Assembly (NCBI GenBank): GCA_010405405.1
Contig: MU004230.1
Span: 2,204,627 to 2,268,626, forward strand
Length of the DNA: 64,000 bases
Source of the DNA: Microthyrium microscopicum
Lineage: Eukaryota
Reading direction: 5' to 3'
A program made the translations under genes and the position numbers. How positions within the stretch are numbered: position 1 is the stretch's first letter; every line of letters starts with the position of its first letter. The notes below the pieces were generated by a model, which saw only the letters and a program-made list of their open reading frames with translations, did not search any database and was not told the DNA's origin. Positions 24,891 through 36,801 of the stretch are shown here, piece after piece.

Positions 24891-27800
24891 ATGAGAACTT
24901 GGGATGGCACTAGAAATGCAGACTACCCTATAACAATTACTAGACCAACAACAAAAGATAATCAACTCCAAAACTCCACCAGACGTGGATATTTGGAAGC
25001 ATCACCAGATCAGATCGGTACTGGTTGGAGGACGAGGAAAATGAGCCACACCACCCTGGACGGTCCATCTTTTCTTCAGCAACCCAATGGTGAGTTGTCT
25101 GCCAATCAACCCCAAATATTTCTTGAAAGTACATCTTTTCCACTAACACCTTCTCCTTTCGCAGTCAGCTCAGCCCAAGTTGAACGCAGCAGGTCACAAC
25201 AGTCTGTAGCTGTGTCGGACGACTATTACTCCCTTTCCGACCACGCTGGCGATGATCGCGTCGTCCCCGACTCTCCTCGAAGAACCTATCCCGAATTCCA
25301 ACATCTTCAAGACCCGACCCATCTTACACCACAGCGAAATCCTTTCAACGACCCTCTCTCCAGTCAGACACATATCTTCTCCACTCCCCCCGAGTATCTA
25401 CACTCCCCCGAAGACCATGCGCACGAGCACGAGCACGCCGCAGACTCTGTCGTGACGCCCACCAAGCACGCACAACACCACGCGTCCAGCTATTCACAAC
25501 GCGTTTCGCAACCACACGTGCATGGTATTTCACCACCACGCGATCCGCTACGCGAGCATCCTGTCGATCCTTCACTTGCCCACCATTTTCGTCGAAAACC
25601 CGTGTCTAGCGACGGCACGGAAAGCACCTGCGCGTCACCCAGCCACGCGGAAACACACTTTGTTGGGCTAGAGAGCAAGTTGGAGGACGAGATGGATCCT
25701 ACGTTGCGTACAGGCACACCTGGCGTGGACGATTCGCCGTACATTCGCTTTGCGATTGATCAATTGACAAGAGATGAAGATGTTCGAGGCTCTAGGCGGT
25801 ATCCGTCCCTTTTTCCCAATGACCGGGAGGAGTCGTCGGGTGATGAGAATGGACCGATGCTACCGCGGATTGGTTCTCGACCGGTGTCGAATGTTCCGCG
25901 GCCATTGTCAAACGTTGCGCGGCCAGTTGCGACTGTCGAGGGTGCCAATGCACATAGAAGAAGTTACGCGGCAAGGGATGACTCGATACAGCAAGCCAGG
26001 GACAATCATCGAAATAGTCGGCGAGACAGTCGGCGCGAAAGCTATCGCGAGGACATGATTGAAGCAGAGCCGCGACGTAGCTTCGTTGCTACTGAGAAAG
26101 AGATGAGAGCAGGACCACCACCGCGCCATCCGCTGGAGCACTCAATGGCAGGCCCAGGAAGGAGAGTTGCGTCGAATTCCTCATTCCTACAATACGATGT
26201 ATTTGTACCATTTGATCCTCCGTCATCCTCAGCAGAAACGCCTCGACTCACGTACCTTCCCCGTATCCTTACTCCTCTTTGGATGGGACTGTTCACTTTC
26301 TTATGCATATTGATGCTGGTCGGATTGATAGTTTCAGCCGCCTGGTCAAAAGGTCATGACGGCCTCTGGGACTATCACACTTTTGGAGACAACCGATATT
26401 TTACTTTTGAGTATCTTCCAACCTTATTTGGCATGATTCTTTTACTCTGGCTTATGCAAATCGAAATCGCTGTCCAAAGAATAGCTCCGTTCATCGCACT
26501 GGCTTCAAATTCAACACGCTCCAGATCCGAAGCTGCGTTTTTGGACCTTTTCCCCACCCAATTCATCTACCCAAAGCTGCAGTATTTCGGCGCCCGACAG
26601 TGGGTTCTTGGAAGCTGCTTGGTTACCTTCTGGCTATTTATATTCACTATTCCATTACTGGCTGCATCGTTCAACGCCCGATATTTCGGAGACTATCCCG
26701 CTGGTGGATGGCGCTGGGTTGCAACTCAAGGAGTCATTTGGACCGTCGTGACATTGTACATCTTACTCATCATCGCTCTAATTACTCTTGCCGTCTATCT
26801 TCGCCGAAACCGGACAGGACTCAAGTGGGACCCTCGAAGTATGGCTGACCTGATTGCTCTACTTGAGCGGGCAAACATCATGTCGGATTATGTCGATTCA
26901 GAGACATTTGCTGGAAAGGGCCAATTCCGACAGCGACTACGAACACGAACCGATAGACTTGGATATTGGCATACTTCACGCCGGCCCCAAGAGATATTCT
27001 ATGGCCTTGGGGAAGAAGGTGGTGCCACTCGACGATATTCGCTCGAGCAGGGCCGAATTCGTGAGAAGCAAGTCTATGCACAATCTCACAATTCTTCCAC
27101 ATCAAATCTTGAGCACCCAGCAGTCGCAGCGGATGTTGAGCATGGAAACGCCACTCGTCTAGATCTTCGGAATCACTCTACCCTTCGACGACACACTCCA
27201 TGGACCATGTCTGCCACTGCTCTCCTAGCGTTTATGCTTGTTGCGATAATTCTCCTGGTAGCATTCCTGGTCGTGTCGTTTGTGCACAGTGCCAGCACAG
27301 CAGGCTTCTTCCCAAAGCTTCAGGCTCCATCCGATGCGAATGGCTTTTCCCCAGCCAACTTCCTATACTCCTTTCTACCTGCGCTACTGGGTCTCATCCT
27401 CTTCCTGGCTTGGCAACCCATCGACTTTACTCTGCGCCGCATGGCTCCATATTCCGCACTGGCGCGTCCTCATGGCTCATCTGCGGAGCAAAGCATTCTC
27501 CTCGACTACCCTTTCCTGCCTCCATTCTTATGCACACTGAAGGCGCTCCGAAATCGCGATTGGCTGGTTGTTCTCTCATCCGCTACCACTCTCCTCGCCT
27601 TCCCAATCCCCATTCTTGCTGGCGGTGTCTTCTGGGCACAGTTCTATCCCGACACTTCCATCAAAGTCTCCGCCGAACCCGCAGGCTGGTACGCACTCTG
27701 TCTATTCCTTGCGCTTTACGCCTTTGGCTTCGTCGTGCTTTTCGTATCTGGCGTCCTCAGCCGAGGCCGTGGCATCGTCCCCGCCCTGCCACATGAGACA

Positions 27801-28322
27801 ACTTGCCTCGCGGAAATCCTCAGTTGGCTCTATATGAGCCCCCTCCTCACCGACTCTACATTTGTGCGCGCCTCAAGCAAGGCCGCACTCGTTCGCCGAC
27901 TGCAGGCTCCTGATACCCAACGACCCGCCGGCCTCGGAGAGAAGCCCCGCCTCCCAGCCGTCCCGGAAATTGCGGCCACCAACCCACCACGCCTTACAGT
28001 TCGCCTCCTTGAAGACGGGAACGACAACTACTCCGCGCCACATAACCGCCTTCCCGATGACTACGCCGGCTCCCACTACAACCCCGAAGACCCATTTGTC
28101 TCACGACCATCAGTCAGCTCCATCGATGGTCCTGCCGAAGGCCACATCACCCGTCCCCTAACACCACTGAGTGACCCCAGCGGTCCCGCACGCTTCGCCT
28201 TTGGCATATACATGGGCCGAGACGGCCGCGAACATCTCGGCATCGACCGCTTCGTGCGTTCCGGGCGCGAAATGGTCGTCCACGGCACACAAGCCAGCAA
28301 AGGAAGCTGGATGTGGCGCTAA
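24891..28322 (+). CDS. Multi-pass membrane protein, DUF3433-type, with a long disordered N-terminus
   Basis: 1143-aa ORF (true start may be MSHTT at 25041) containing TPGVDDSPYIRFAIDQLT and two repeated TM blocks, each with an (Y/F)LPxLxG...W...R(I/M)AP(F/Y)xALA motif. Confidence 0.8.
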   Translation: MRTWDGTRNADYPITITRPTTKDNQLQNSTRRGYLEASPDQIGTGWRTRKMSHTTLDGPSFLQQPNGELSANQPQIFLESTSFPLTPSPFAVSSAQVERSRSQQSVAVSDDYYSLSDHAGDDRVVPDSPRRTYPEFQHLQDPTHLTPQRNPFNDPLSSQTHIFSTPPEYLHSPEDHAHEHEHAADSVVTPTKHAQHHASSYSQRVSQPHVHGISPPRDPLREHPVDPSLAHHFRRKPVSSDGTESTCASPSHAETHFVGLESKLEDEMDPTLRTGTPGVDDSPYIRFAIDQLTRDEDVRGSRRYPSLFPNDREESSGDENGPMLPRIGSRPVSNVPRPLSNVARPVATVEGANAHRRSYAARDDSIQQARDNHRNSRRDSRRESYREDMIEAEPRRSFVATEKEMRAGPPPRHPLEHSMAGPGRRVASNSSFLQYDVFVPFDPPSSSAETPRLTYLPRILTPLWMGLFTFLCILMLVGLIVSAAWSKGHDGLWDYHTFGDNRYFTFEYLPTLFGMILLLWLMQIEIAVQRIAPFIALASNSTRSRSEAAFLDLFPTQFIYPKLQYFGARQWVLGSCLVTFWLFIFTIPLLAASFNARYFGDYPAGGWRWVATQGVIWTVVTLYILLIIALITLAVYLRRNRTGLKWDPRSMADLIALLERANIMSDYVDSETFAGKGQFRQRLRTRTDRLGYWHTSRRPQEIFYGLGEEGGATRRYSLEQGRIREKQVYAQSHNSSTSNLEHPAVAADVEHGNATRLDLRNHSTLRRHTPWTMSATALLAFMLVAIILLVAFLVVSFVHSASTAGFFPKLQAPSDANGFSPANFLYSFLPALLGLILFLAWQPIDFTLRRMAPYSALARPHGSSAEQSILLDYPFLPPFLCTLKALRNRDWLVVLSSATTLLAFPIPILAGGVFWAQFYPDTSIKVSAEPAGWYALCLFLALYAFGFVVLFVSGVLSRGRGIVPALPHETTCLAEILSWLYMSPLLTDSTFVRASSKAALVRRLQAPDTQRPAGLGEKPRLPAVPEIAATNPPRLTVRLLEDGNDNYSAPHNRLPDDYAGSHYNPEDPFVSRPSVSSIDGPAEGHITRPLTPLSDPSGPARFAFGIYMGRDGREHLGIDRFVRSGREMVVHGTQASKGSWMWR

Positions 28323-28660
28323 ACCACACCTACTAGATTACCTGTAACAATATCCTTAGAACGAACCGACATGAAGAGATGGAAATCACGACCGACGAAA
28401 CGACAATCTGTAACAACAACCACGAATATCTCTGTCACCACATACCACTGCCTTTTTTCTGCAGATTTCGCATACATACAGCATTATTATACATTTTTTT
28501 GGACTGTCAAGTCCTCCTTCGACGATTGAAGAAAACGCAAGATACCCCCTTTGCATTGTAGTTTGGATACATGCTACTATTTTTGTTGGTGGCTTTTTGG
28601 TTTTTGCAGCGATATTTGTTGAATGATAATTTCTACATTTTTGGGAAAGATTGATGAGTT

Positions 28661-28714
28661 ATGGATGGATGATGGATGGATGATGGATATATGGATGGAT
28701 ATGATGGAATGGAT
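28661..28714. repeat. Imperfect (GATG)n / GGAT microsatellite
   Basis: ATGGATGGATGATGGATGGATGATGGATATATGGATGGAT... Confidence 0.8.
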
Positions 28715-29416
28715 ATATATTTCATATAGAAATAAGCATAAATATTGCCTAATTCACTATTCTACAACTGGACTTGCCTATAGATTTGCTTTGCTCGAGA
28801 AGTTGTGTAGTGGAGTTGGAATTGAAATATCTGGCGTTGTGCTCTTCCTTCAATGTTGTTTCGGCTGCAATCACCACACGTGGATCATCAATTTTAGTGT
28901 GGATATTAACACCCTCGCTCAGCCTTATGGCTAACTTCACCTCTTCATGAAATGTAGACAAATGTCGATATAGGCACATTTAGAGGCTGAACTCGGGTTT
29001 CAATGAGTATTTGAGTAATTTGAAATTGGAAATACATTTTTATGACTGAAGAGACGTACCAAAAAATACTCTTTGCGGCGAATTGGCTTTGATAGAGTCT
29101 TGCACAAAAGGTACAACTGACCAGGAGTTGGTGGACAAGCTTATGGCAAAGGGTACATTTATGTTCAGGCCTGGCCACACTATTTCTTCGGAAGAGCGAG
29201 CTCAGAAATTAGGCGGGGCTGCCGCTATTTAGTGACAGCAGATCTTGTGGGTTTGACGTTGGGTGGCAACCAGAGCCCAATTTGATGCCCGCCGGATAGG
29301 GAGATGAATTAGTGGGTAAGAGGGGCTCTGTCAGTGAGCTCGTTGGGTGCTTGCGCCTAGAAGGATTGCTGCCTAGGCGGGTTGGCCTTTGAATATGTCG
29401 GGCTACGAGCTGACAC

Positions 29417-29482
29417 AAGGGACATATATTACACAACAGTCAAAAGGGACATATATCACGCAGTTGTCAAAAGGGACATATG
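29417..29482 (+). repeat. Three imperfect tandem copies of (CAA)AAGGGACATAT
   Basis: Copies at ~29417, 29441 and 29468 (~27-bp period). CAAAAGGGACATA recurs at 54565-54577. Confidence 0.75.
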
Positions 29483-30488
29483 TGTGGGATGGGAAGGCCG
29501 CTCGCTATTTTAGTGGTATGTTAGCTTCGGCCTCAGTGAGAGATTGCCACTAGAGGCCGTCGAGCAGGAGATTACTAGGCAGTAGGGTCGCTAATAAATA
29601 TTATGACACCGCTGGCGTGGGTCAGGCGGGCTGCTCACTGTTGTATAGCAGGCGCCCGTAGCTGAATGAGCAATTTGGCAGGAGCTCCTAGCTAATTAGT
29701 GCAGCAGATACAGCCTTTGGTTTGCGAGGTTAGCTACGTGCCTTGGTGATTTGCACCTGCTCAACTCGCGAAGGCTGGTTTGCTCGTTGCCACTAACAGC
29801 TTCTGAATTAGAGGCTTTGTCACTGGCAGTTCTTTCCAAACAGTGGCCTACAAGCACCACCTGCCCACTGAAATAGCAAGGTTTGGCGCTAAGATAATCT
29901 CTCTACAGCGAATTTGGGCCTTTTGTTCCTACCACTGTTGTGCTTGATGTCAGTGACATATCTCCCACATAGTGAGTTTTTAGTGACTGGCAGGATGTCT
30001 ACAGGCCTTGACCCTCCAAATTGAACAGCCTTATGGAGCAAAAGCGCCATGATAGCGCAATATCAGCGAGGCTCTGATTTTGCCTAGCAAGAATTCTGTG
30101 TTGCCTTGGACGCACGTTGATATTAGCTGCATCCCACCACCAAATAGCGATGGGACTCACTAAGCTCGTTTTTCGTCCAACTAAAGTTATCCTGTTAGGG
30201 CACACTCAGCAAGACTGTCCCTGTTGTTGTTGCTCTGAAGTTCCCAGTAAAACTTCATTATTCCAGTGGGCTCTTAAACTAAATACAACTAGACATGAGT
30301 CTCGACACCACACAACCAAGTTTCTCAGCAGCGATAACCCAACCCACACTCCTCTAGAACCACTTATCAATACCACAAAATTGTCGTGTGAAACTGAGCC
30401 GTCTATGTACGCCACCAAAAGCGAGATATACTGAATGATGGGCTAAATCTAAATAGAGCTACGAAAAGGCTTCTCATATATCGAGACG

Positions 30489-31621
30489 CTAGAACAGTTG
30501 TTCATAGAAGCCCAAAACTTTCCCTGCTGCATCTTCCTATTGCAGATCATTCTGGAAATGGTGCCCTGCACCTTTGACTTCGAGATATTGCACTGAGCTT
30601 GCCTCATCGCGGCCAATATCCAGCTTTTTCTCAGCAACAAGATGCTTCTCAGCGTCACCATAGTCACTGGCAAGTTTCTTTGCTATAAAGGTCGTGACCA
30701 GCCTGTCTTTCTCACCTGCGATCACCACCAGTCTGCGACTGGTGCCGCCAACGATTAGTTGAAGAACGTTCTGATAAGTGGCGAAGCGGAAGGTATACCC
30801 AAGCCGCCAGAGAAAGCTCTCGTATTTTGGCATACGAGTCTCAATTTCTCTTGCCTTCTGCAGTGGATACTCTGTACAGAAAAGAGCTTGCTTGACTAGA
30901 GCCGTGAAGTCCAGGGGTGACATCGGGTGTCCAAGGTAGAAGAACATTCTGGGTATGAACCAAAGATCCATTGCCATACACGGGTTCGAATTTATCTCAC
31001 GACTACGAAGAGTCGTTGGTTAAAGTGCCCTTCGAAAGAAACAGACCACTTACGATCCGGAGCCAGGAATGGCCGCAAGTAATGCAAGCCCAGTGACTGT
31101 GGCATCGCCAGAGCTCAGCACGAATTGACTCAGTCCACCACCACTGGAATGGCCAACAAGCATGACCTTCACAGCGTGTCCCGTCTTTTCCTGCTCTATC
31201 TCTTCTGCTTTCTTATGCCTGCTAGCATATCATTCGCGAAAGCTCGCTTACCAGTGAAATACATCTGTATCAAGCTCGGATACCTGTGCATAATGATATT
31301 GTCAGCACCATCTGTACCGTCTGTAGGCCCTCAAAAAACACTTCGGTGTTTGCCAGCTTCCTTCATGACCACTATAAGAAACAACGTAACATGGGATGCC
31401 TTTCGCGGAGAAATAGGCCATGAATTCTAACCAAACAGCAGCTCCTCCACAGCCGCCATGTGCAAAGAAGATAGGTGCTTTTCGCTTGGCATCATTGTCT
31501 TTTGGCTCGGCAAAGAGCAATTCAAGATTTCTGGATGGTGTTCAATATATGTGCGTTCAATGCCAGCGGGAAGGGGCACCAGATGAGGAGTCAATGGACT
31601 GCAGATGCTGATCTGAGGCAT
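30489..31621 (-). pseudogene. Alpha/beta-hydrolase pseudogene
   Basis: FFAHGGCGG, GHSSGGG nucleophile elbow, GEKD and GAGHH motifs. Disrupted by 1-bp deletions near 31542 and 31210, a TAG at 30537-30539 where W is expected (NDLQ*EDAAGKVLGFYEQLF), and an atypical GCAAAC donor at 31353. Confidence 0.85.
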
Positions 31622-32581
31622 TTTGTGTAGGAATTGTACTACTGTTCAGATGCGCTGTATGGGGATTTTAATGAGGCACGACTTGATAAAGCCTAACAGG
31701 TAGCAGGAGAGTACTATTGCATAATAGTTTGTATAGAGCAGTGCAGCAGAACAAGCTTAAGCACGCTTTGCCTTTCGTGTCAACTTGGCCTAGATTAGGA
31801 TGTTATCCTCGGATTGAAGCCGAACCTGGTCTCTGTCACGGGCGCAATGCTTCGTGTAACGAGAATGAGATTATGCCATGTTTTGCGCCTGTAGTCGACT
31901 TGGCTGTTCCTTCTGTTGACTTGGCGATAGCCATTGGACCAGACAACTCGCAAGTCTGTCACTGGAGAATCTGCCGGAGAACACATTTGAAGTCAGGCAC
32001 TATGCGATTCGAGAGATTACAGATCGTGTTTCGCTCTTGACCTTGTTGAGGCGATTAGAGTTGATGAAATTGACGTATTCCACCACAGCACCACTGGAGG
32101 AGTGAGAGAGTTGCCGCTAATTAGTGGTAGCGCTCACTAATTTAGCGGCAGCAAGCCCTGGCCTAGGCAGTTTGAGATAGCTCGCACGTGTTCAGCCCCT
32201 GAACGTCCATTTATTTTGCAACGACTCTCTCGGACTTTCAAGTCAAATTTCTGCAAGAATTTTCTAATTTTTCCCACTTGCTCTGAGTCCTCACAATCAC
32301 CCATTATTATTTTTGACAAGTTTTCTGAGAGATCATTGGGGCAGGACTGGAACCAAGCAAATGCTTCCTTCCCAATCACTCACATTGCAGGGTACACTGA
32401 AGCACAGTCGACATGACAGCTTCATCATCCACTTTCAGCTTAAAGCTCAGAAATGACGTCTATGATTATGATTGACTGATTTATGGTTGGATGTTTTCAA
32501 TTTGTTTGTAAAGATTCAGAATTCAAAAAACATTCGCACTCAACTCACCACCACCTTTCAAACATTTCCTCAAAGTACAAC

Positions 32582-33610
32582 ATGAACGCCATACGCAAGA
32601 CTTTAGCGCAGAACGTCCCCCATGGAAACCTTTTCGCCAAGGAGGGTGAAAAGTTCACGCTGGACATGATACCAGACCTCAGCTCGAAAGTGGCTGTTGT
32701 TACTGGCGGATCAGAGGGCATTGGATATGGCTGTACCCATTCTCTGCTCAGCAAAAACATCTCAAAATTGTTTATTTTGACCCCAAGCCAAGAGGTGGCC
32801 GATGGAGCCCAGGACGCCATTCGCGAGGAAATGGGAGGCGACGTTGCGGAGAAAGTTCAATGGATGAGATGTGACTTGTCGGACTGGAAACAGACTGGGC
32901 AGGTTGCCTTCGACATTAGGAAGAAGGTTGATCGACTGGACATTCTCATCAACTGCGCTGCTCGAGGCATAATGACCCAACAGCTCACACCTCAGGGAGT
33001 AGACCTCCACATGTCGCTGAACCATATTGGACATGTTGTTTTGACATCGCATCTGCTTCCTTTGATGAAAAAGACAGCAGAATCTGGCAACAAAGTCCGC
33101 ATCGTCAATCTTGGTTCGAACATCCATGAGCAAGTGCCTGAGGATTTCAAATTCGGAAGCATAGAGGAAATCAACAAAGACTACGGTCCAATGAAGCAGT
33201 ATGGCATTTCAAAGCTAGCGGCAATTCTCTACGCGAAATATCTCAGCAGACATCTGACGTCGAAGTATCCAAACATTCTGGCGAACGCCTCTCATCCTGG
33301 AATCGTGGAGACTCGACAATCCTCTGAACACATCTTTGAGCCATACCCACTGGGCGGATACGCCATGAAATATGGAATGGCCCCTTTCAAGAAAGATCAA
33401 TTTGAAGGTGCTCTCTCCACGTTGTATCTCGCAACTGTCACAGAGAACTCGGGAGAGTATGTCTGTCCACCAGCAATTGTTGAAGAGGGCAGTAAATTGG
33501 CAAACAATGAGCAGTTGGGAGAACAACTGATGACTCTCACGAAGTTGATTGTGCGGGAAAAGGCAAAGGCAGAGAGTGTAGACAAAGGTTGTCCTCTAGA
33601 AGCTTTTTAG
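32582..33610 (+). CDS. Short-chain dehydrogenase/reductase, bli-4-like oxidoreductase
   Basis: VAVVTGGSEGIGYG, CDLSD, LINCAARG, YGISK (YxxxK), HPGIV. The N-terminus resembles the Neurospora bli-4 family. Likely start MNAIRK at 32582. Confidence 0.9.
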   Translation: MNAIRKTLAQNVPHGNLFAKEGEKFTLDMIPDLSSKVAVVTGGSEGIGYGCTHSLLSKNISKLFILTPSQEVADGAQDAIREEMGGDVAEKVQWMRCDLSDWKQTGQVAFDIRKKVDRLDILINCAARGIMTQQLTPQGVDLHMSLNHIGHVVLTSHLLPLMKKTAESGNKVRIVNLGSNIHEQVPEDFKFGSIEEINKDYGPMKQYGISKLAAILYAKYLSRHLTSKYPNILANASHPGIVETRQSSEHIFEPYPLGGYAMKYGMAPFKKDQFEGALSTLYLATVTENSGEYVCPPAIVEEGSKLANNEQLGEQLMTLTKLIVREKAKAESVDKGCPLEAF

Positions 33611-34208
33611 CGTTTTGAATTCTGTTGTTTTCTGGCAGGCCAATTTGTGCCGAGCTGGCTGTTGATGTATTATTAGCAGCACTTCAAATCTCACATCACT
33701 CAATTATACGATACAGACTAATCGCTCTTCTATTAACCTTTGACCTTAGTATGTTTGTTGTTTAGCACCAAATACAATATCTCCAGGTTGAGATGTTGTT
33801 GCTGTATACAAATCGCGCCCAATTTTGAGCCGATACGCGCTTAAGCCTTCGATTCACATGATGCCATGGATTAGAATTTGGGGTTAATTTTGTAGCTGTG
33901 GTGCCAAAACTGGGACGCCATACATGCAAGATTATGAAATAGCGAAGAATGACATCTGGATCTCGGCATCATCGATCGGAATCTCAATTCCCCATATTTC
34001 CCCCCCCTTGCCCCGCTGGCAAGCCCTGCAGGTACCAACAGTGCATGACGTTGATATGTGATCATTGGCGAGTGAATATCACTCGAATACAATGATCGTA
34101 AATCCTCCTTGCTATTTCTGAATCACAACAACATTCTGTACTTGCTACCATCGTCTCAATAATTGGTTTTGTGTTACGCTGACATCAAACCCTCATCCAT
34201 CCACAATA

Positions 34209-34618
34209 ATGGCCTCAACTTCTCGCTCACTCGCACGCAAGCTTGCAACCATCAAGCCGTCGTCAATGCCGAAAACTTTGTCTGCACACTCTCGATCATT
34301 CAATGCTTCTGCAGCAAGCTACAAAAAGGCAGAGACATCTTCTGGTGGCGACATTTCACAGGACAAGCACATGATGGAGAAGGATCATTCAAAGGATCCA
34401 CAAACATTGGGAAAAAACAGGGCAAAATCGTGAGCTTTTGGACAGTATCATTGTATAATCTGCATAGCTAAAGACCGTTTAGTCAACAACAGGCAGGTGA
34501 AGGTGGCAATGCAGTGCAAGGAGATAGTCAGGGTGCGACTGCGAAAGCAAAACGCGAACATCCAGAGGCACCACAAGTTATTGGAATGCAAGATGAGAGA
34601 GGAGGAAAAGGCGCTTGA
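34209..34618 (+). CDS. Small hydrophilic protein with a mitochondrial-presequence-like N-terminus, 2 exons
   Basis: Basic, Ser-rich N-terminus MASTSRSLARKLATIK...RSFNASA; intron ~34430-34482; C-terminus AKREHPEAPQVIGMQDERGGKGA*. Confidence 0.8.
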
Positions 34619-34747
34619 TAATGTTGGAAGTTTGTACGAAATAGCAATAACAAGAACATGAGCAATTCGAGACAATTGATTTTTTTACATTATATGTTCA
34701 TTGTCTATTGAAAATAGCTACGTGCCCAACATGAATGAACCTTTCGT

Positions 34748-35146
34748 CTAGGAAGTTTGACCACCCTTCTTTCCCGCCTCAACAGGGTCGACTTTGCCGT
34801 GGGCAAATTCTGATGAAGTTAGTTTTGTGTGGGATGAATTACACGTGCAACTTACGACCAGCTCCGCTTCCTTGGTTGGACTTTGATCCGGAGTTTCCAG
34901 AACCATCTGAAGTCTTTCCTCCTTGAGCTCCAGCATCAACAGGATCGACCTTGCCGTGCGCGAATTCTGAGATGGTTAGATATGAAAAAAGAAGAGAGGG
35001 ATGTTGACTAACCACCAGTGCCGACACGCTTGTCCTCGGTTCCGTCTTGCTTCAATCCACCGTGCTCTGCTGTTGTTAGCACCATGCTTGTGAATCAAAC
35101 GCATGAGCATGTTGTGCTTACCAGTTGGCTTGTATGTGTCAGACAT
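34748..35146 (-). CDS. Small Gly-rich stress hydrophilin with KGG-like repeats, 4 exons
   Basis: MSDTYKPT|EHGGLKQDGTEDKRVGTG|EFAHGKVDPVDAGAQGGKTS...GAG|QFAHGKVDPVEAGKKGGQTS*; three GT-AG introns with CTAAC branch points. Confidence 0.85.
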
Positions 35147-36801
35147 GATGAGGAGTTGGAAGTTGTTGATTGGTTTTGATGATTGGATTGTATGATTGAA
35201 GGTTTGTGAAGATTGGAGTTGTTGAGAAAGTAGTGTTCAATCCACGGAAATTGACATTACTTATACACTTTCCCGACCACCCAGAAGTCTGCTTGTAGAC
35301 TTCGCAATTGCGGTCGGTCTTGACAACATCATTGTAGCAAATGACTGTGGATGACGCCGTGGCTGGGATCGCTCTTGAAGGCATTTGGTATTTGGGCCAA
35401 TTAAGCACTATTCAAGGACGAAATTGTTTCAGTATATGCTAGCAGCCGTGAGAAAAGTGGCACAAGACAGTCATTACTGCCTGATGTAGGGGGAATAATA
35501 GCCCTCAACGACATCATGATCGGAAAGTGACTTCGACTGATCATATTGTGCATTGATTTTTGCACGAGATCGCGAGATCGTGATGTCATGAACCAGCTAC
35601 TCTTTCCTTGAGGCTTATGGTCATCCATTTAGACATCGATTTCTGAGCAAGGAATCGAGCCAAGGTGATACAAACGTATAATTCCAGATGTTTCCTTTTG
35701 GAACGATTTGCCATTTTGAATGCTCAGAACAAATAACAGTTGAAAGAAAGCTGTAAAACTTCGATTTGCCAATGCAGGATTGCGCGTCTGCACTTTGGGT
35801 GTTACCACGCAAGAGAAATGATGAAATATTCTTCAGGCTCGCTCAAAGTACAGTTTCCTCTTGAAGCGGCGGCAAGTACATGTAGAAAAATTCGACGAGA
35901 TGGATGAAGGAATGAGCAAGGAAATCATGAGGTGTATTCTGTTCGGCGTGCGCTATGGTCAATGCTTCCAATCAACTGTCCAGTGCCGATCACCAACACG
36001 TCGAAAGTTTTTCAAGATGCATAACTTCGAGATTTCGGTAAGTGGTAGAGCAGTATTTAGATATATGCTGGTAGTAAGATCTCACAATCTGGTGCCTTGA
36101 CTCGTTGAGATTATGTTGATCTTGATTCGATTAGAGCTAGTCGGCTCAAATTTCAGCCTTGGCCTCTCAGCCTTATACAGGGAGATTTATCACTAGCGTC
36201 GCACTAAGCCCGATCTGGCCGATGTTGGCTATTTATGCTACCCAAATCATCACCGCATATTGTTGTCATGAATTGAGCTATGGACGAGTATGCAATTTGA
36301 TGTCAGCTTATGCCGAAACCGCATCACTGGCATTTATTTTAAGAGTATTGATCAGTAATATCCAGTATTGACAACCGTATAGCCTCGCACTAACTTCTCA
36401 TTGGGTGAGGCATTAGGCTGCGAAAAACTAGCGGCCAATAACAACTCAGCGTTTTCCAACTCCAGAGTAATCTTCCTATCCTTTGCGGCTGTGCACCTTT
36501 GCCGCCTAATGTATAGCAAATCAGACACTCTTTTTTGATGGAATTTCCTAGAAAGCGGCTGATGTTGCCTTATCTTCCTTGTGCCATGAAGGCAGAAAGG
36601 ACGCGAGATCAGCAGACTTCGTGTTGGGATGTCAAGATGCTTAATTCCAACACGCGTATAAACGAGGAGCCTTTTCGCGTCCATTGCAGCATCAGCTCCA
36701 TCTCATTCTGTCTGGTCTTCGAATTCTGAAACCAGACATATCAAGTCCTTCCCTGTTCGCACACTGTACTTATACTACTACTTTGAAAGCCCCCTGACAG
36801 C

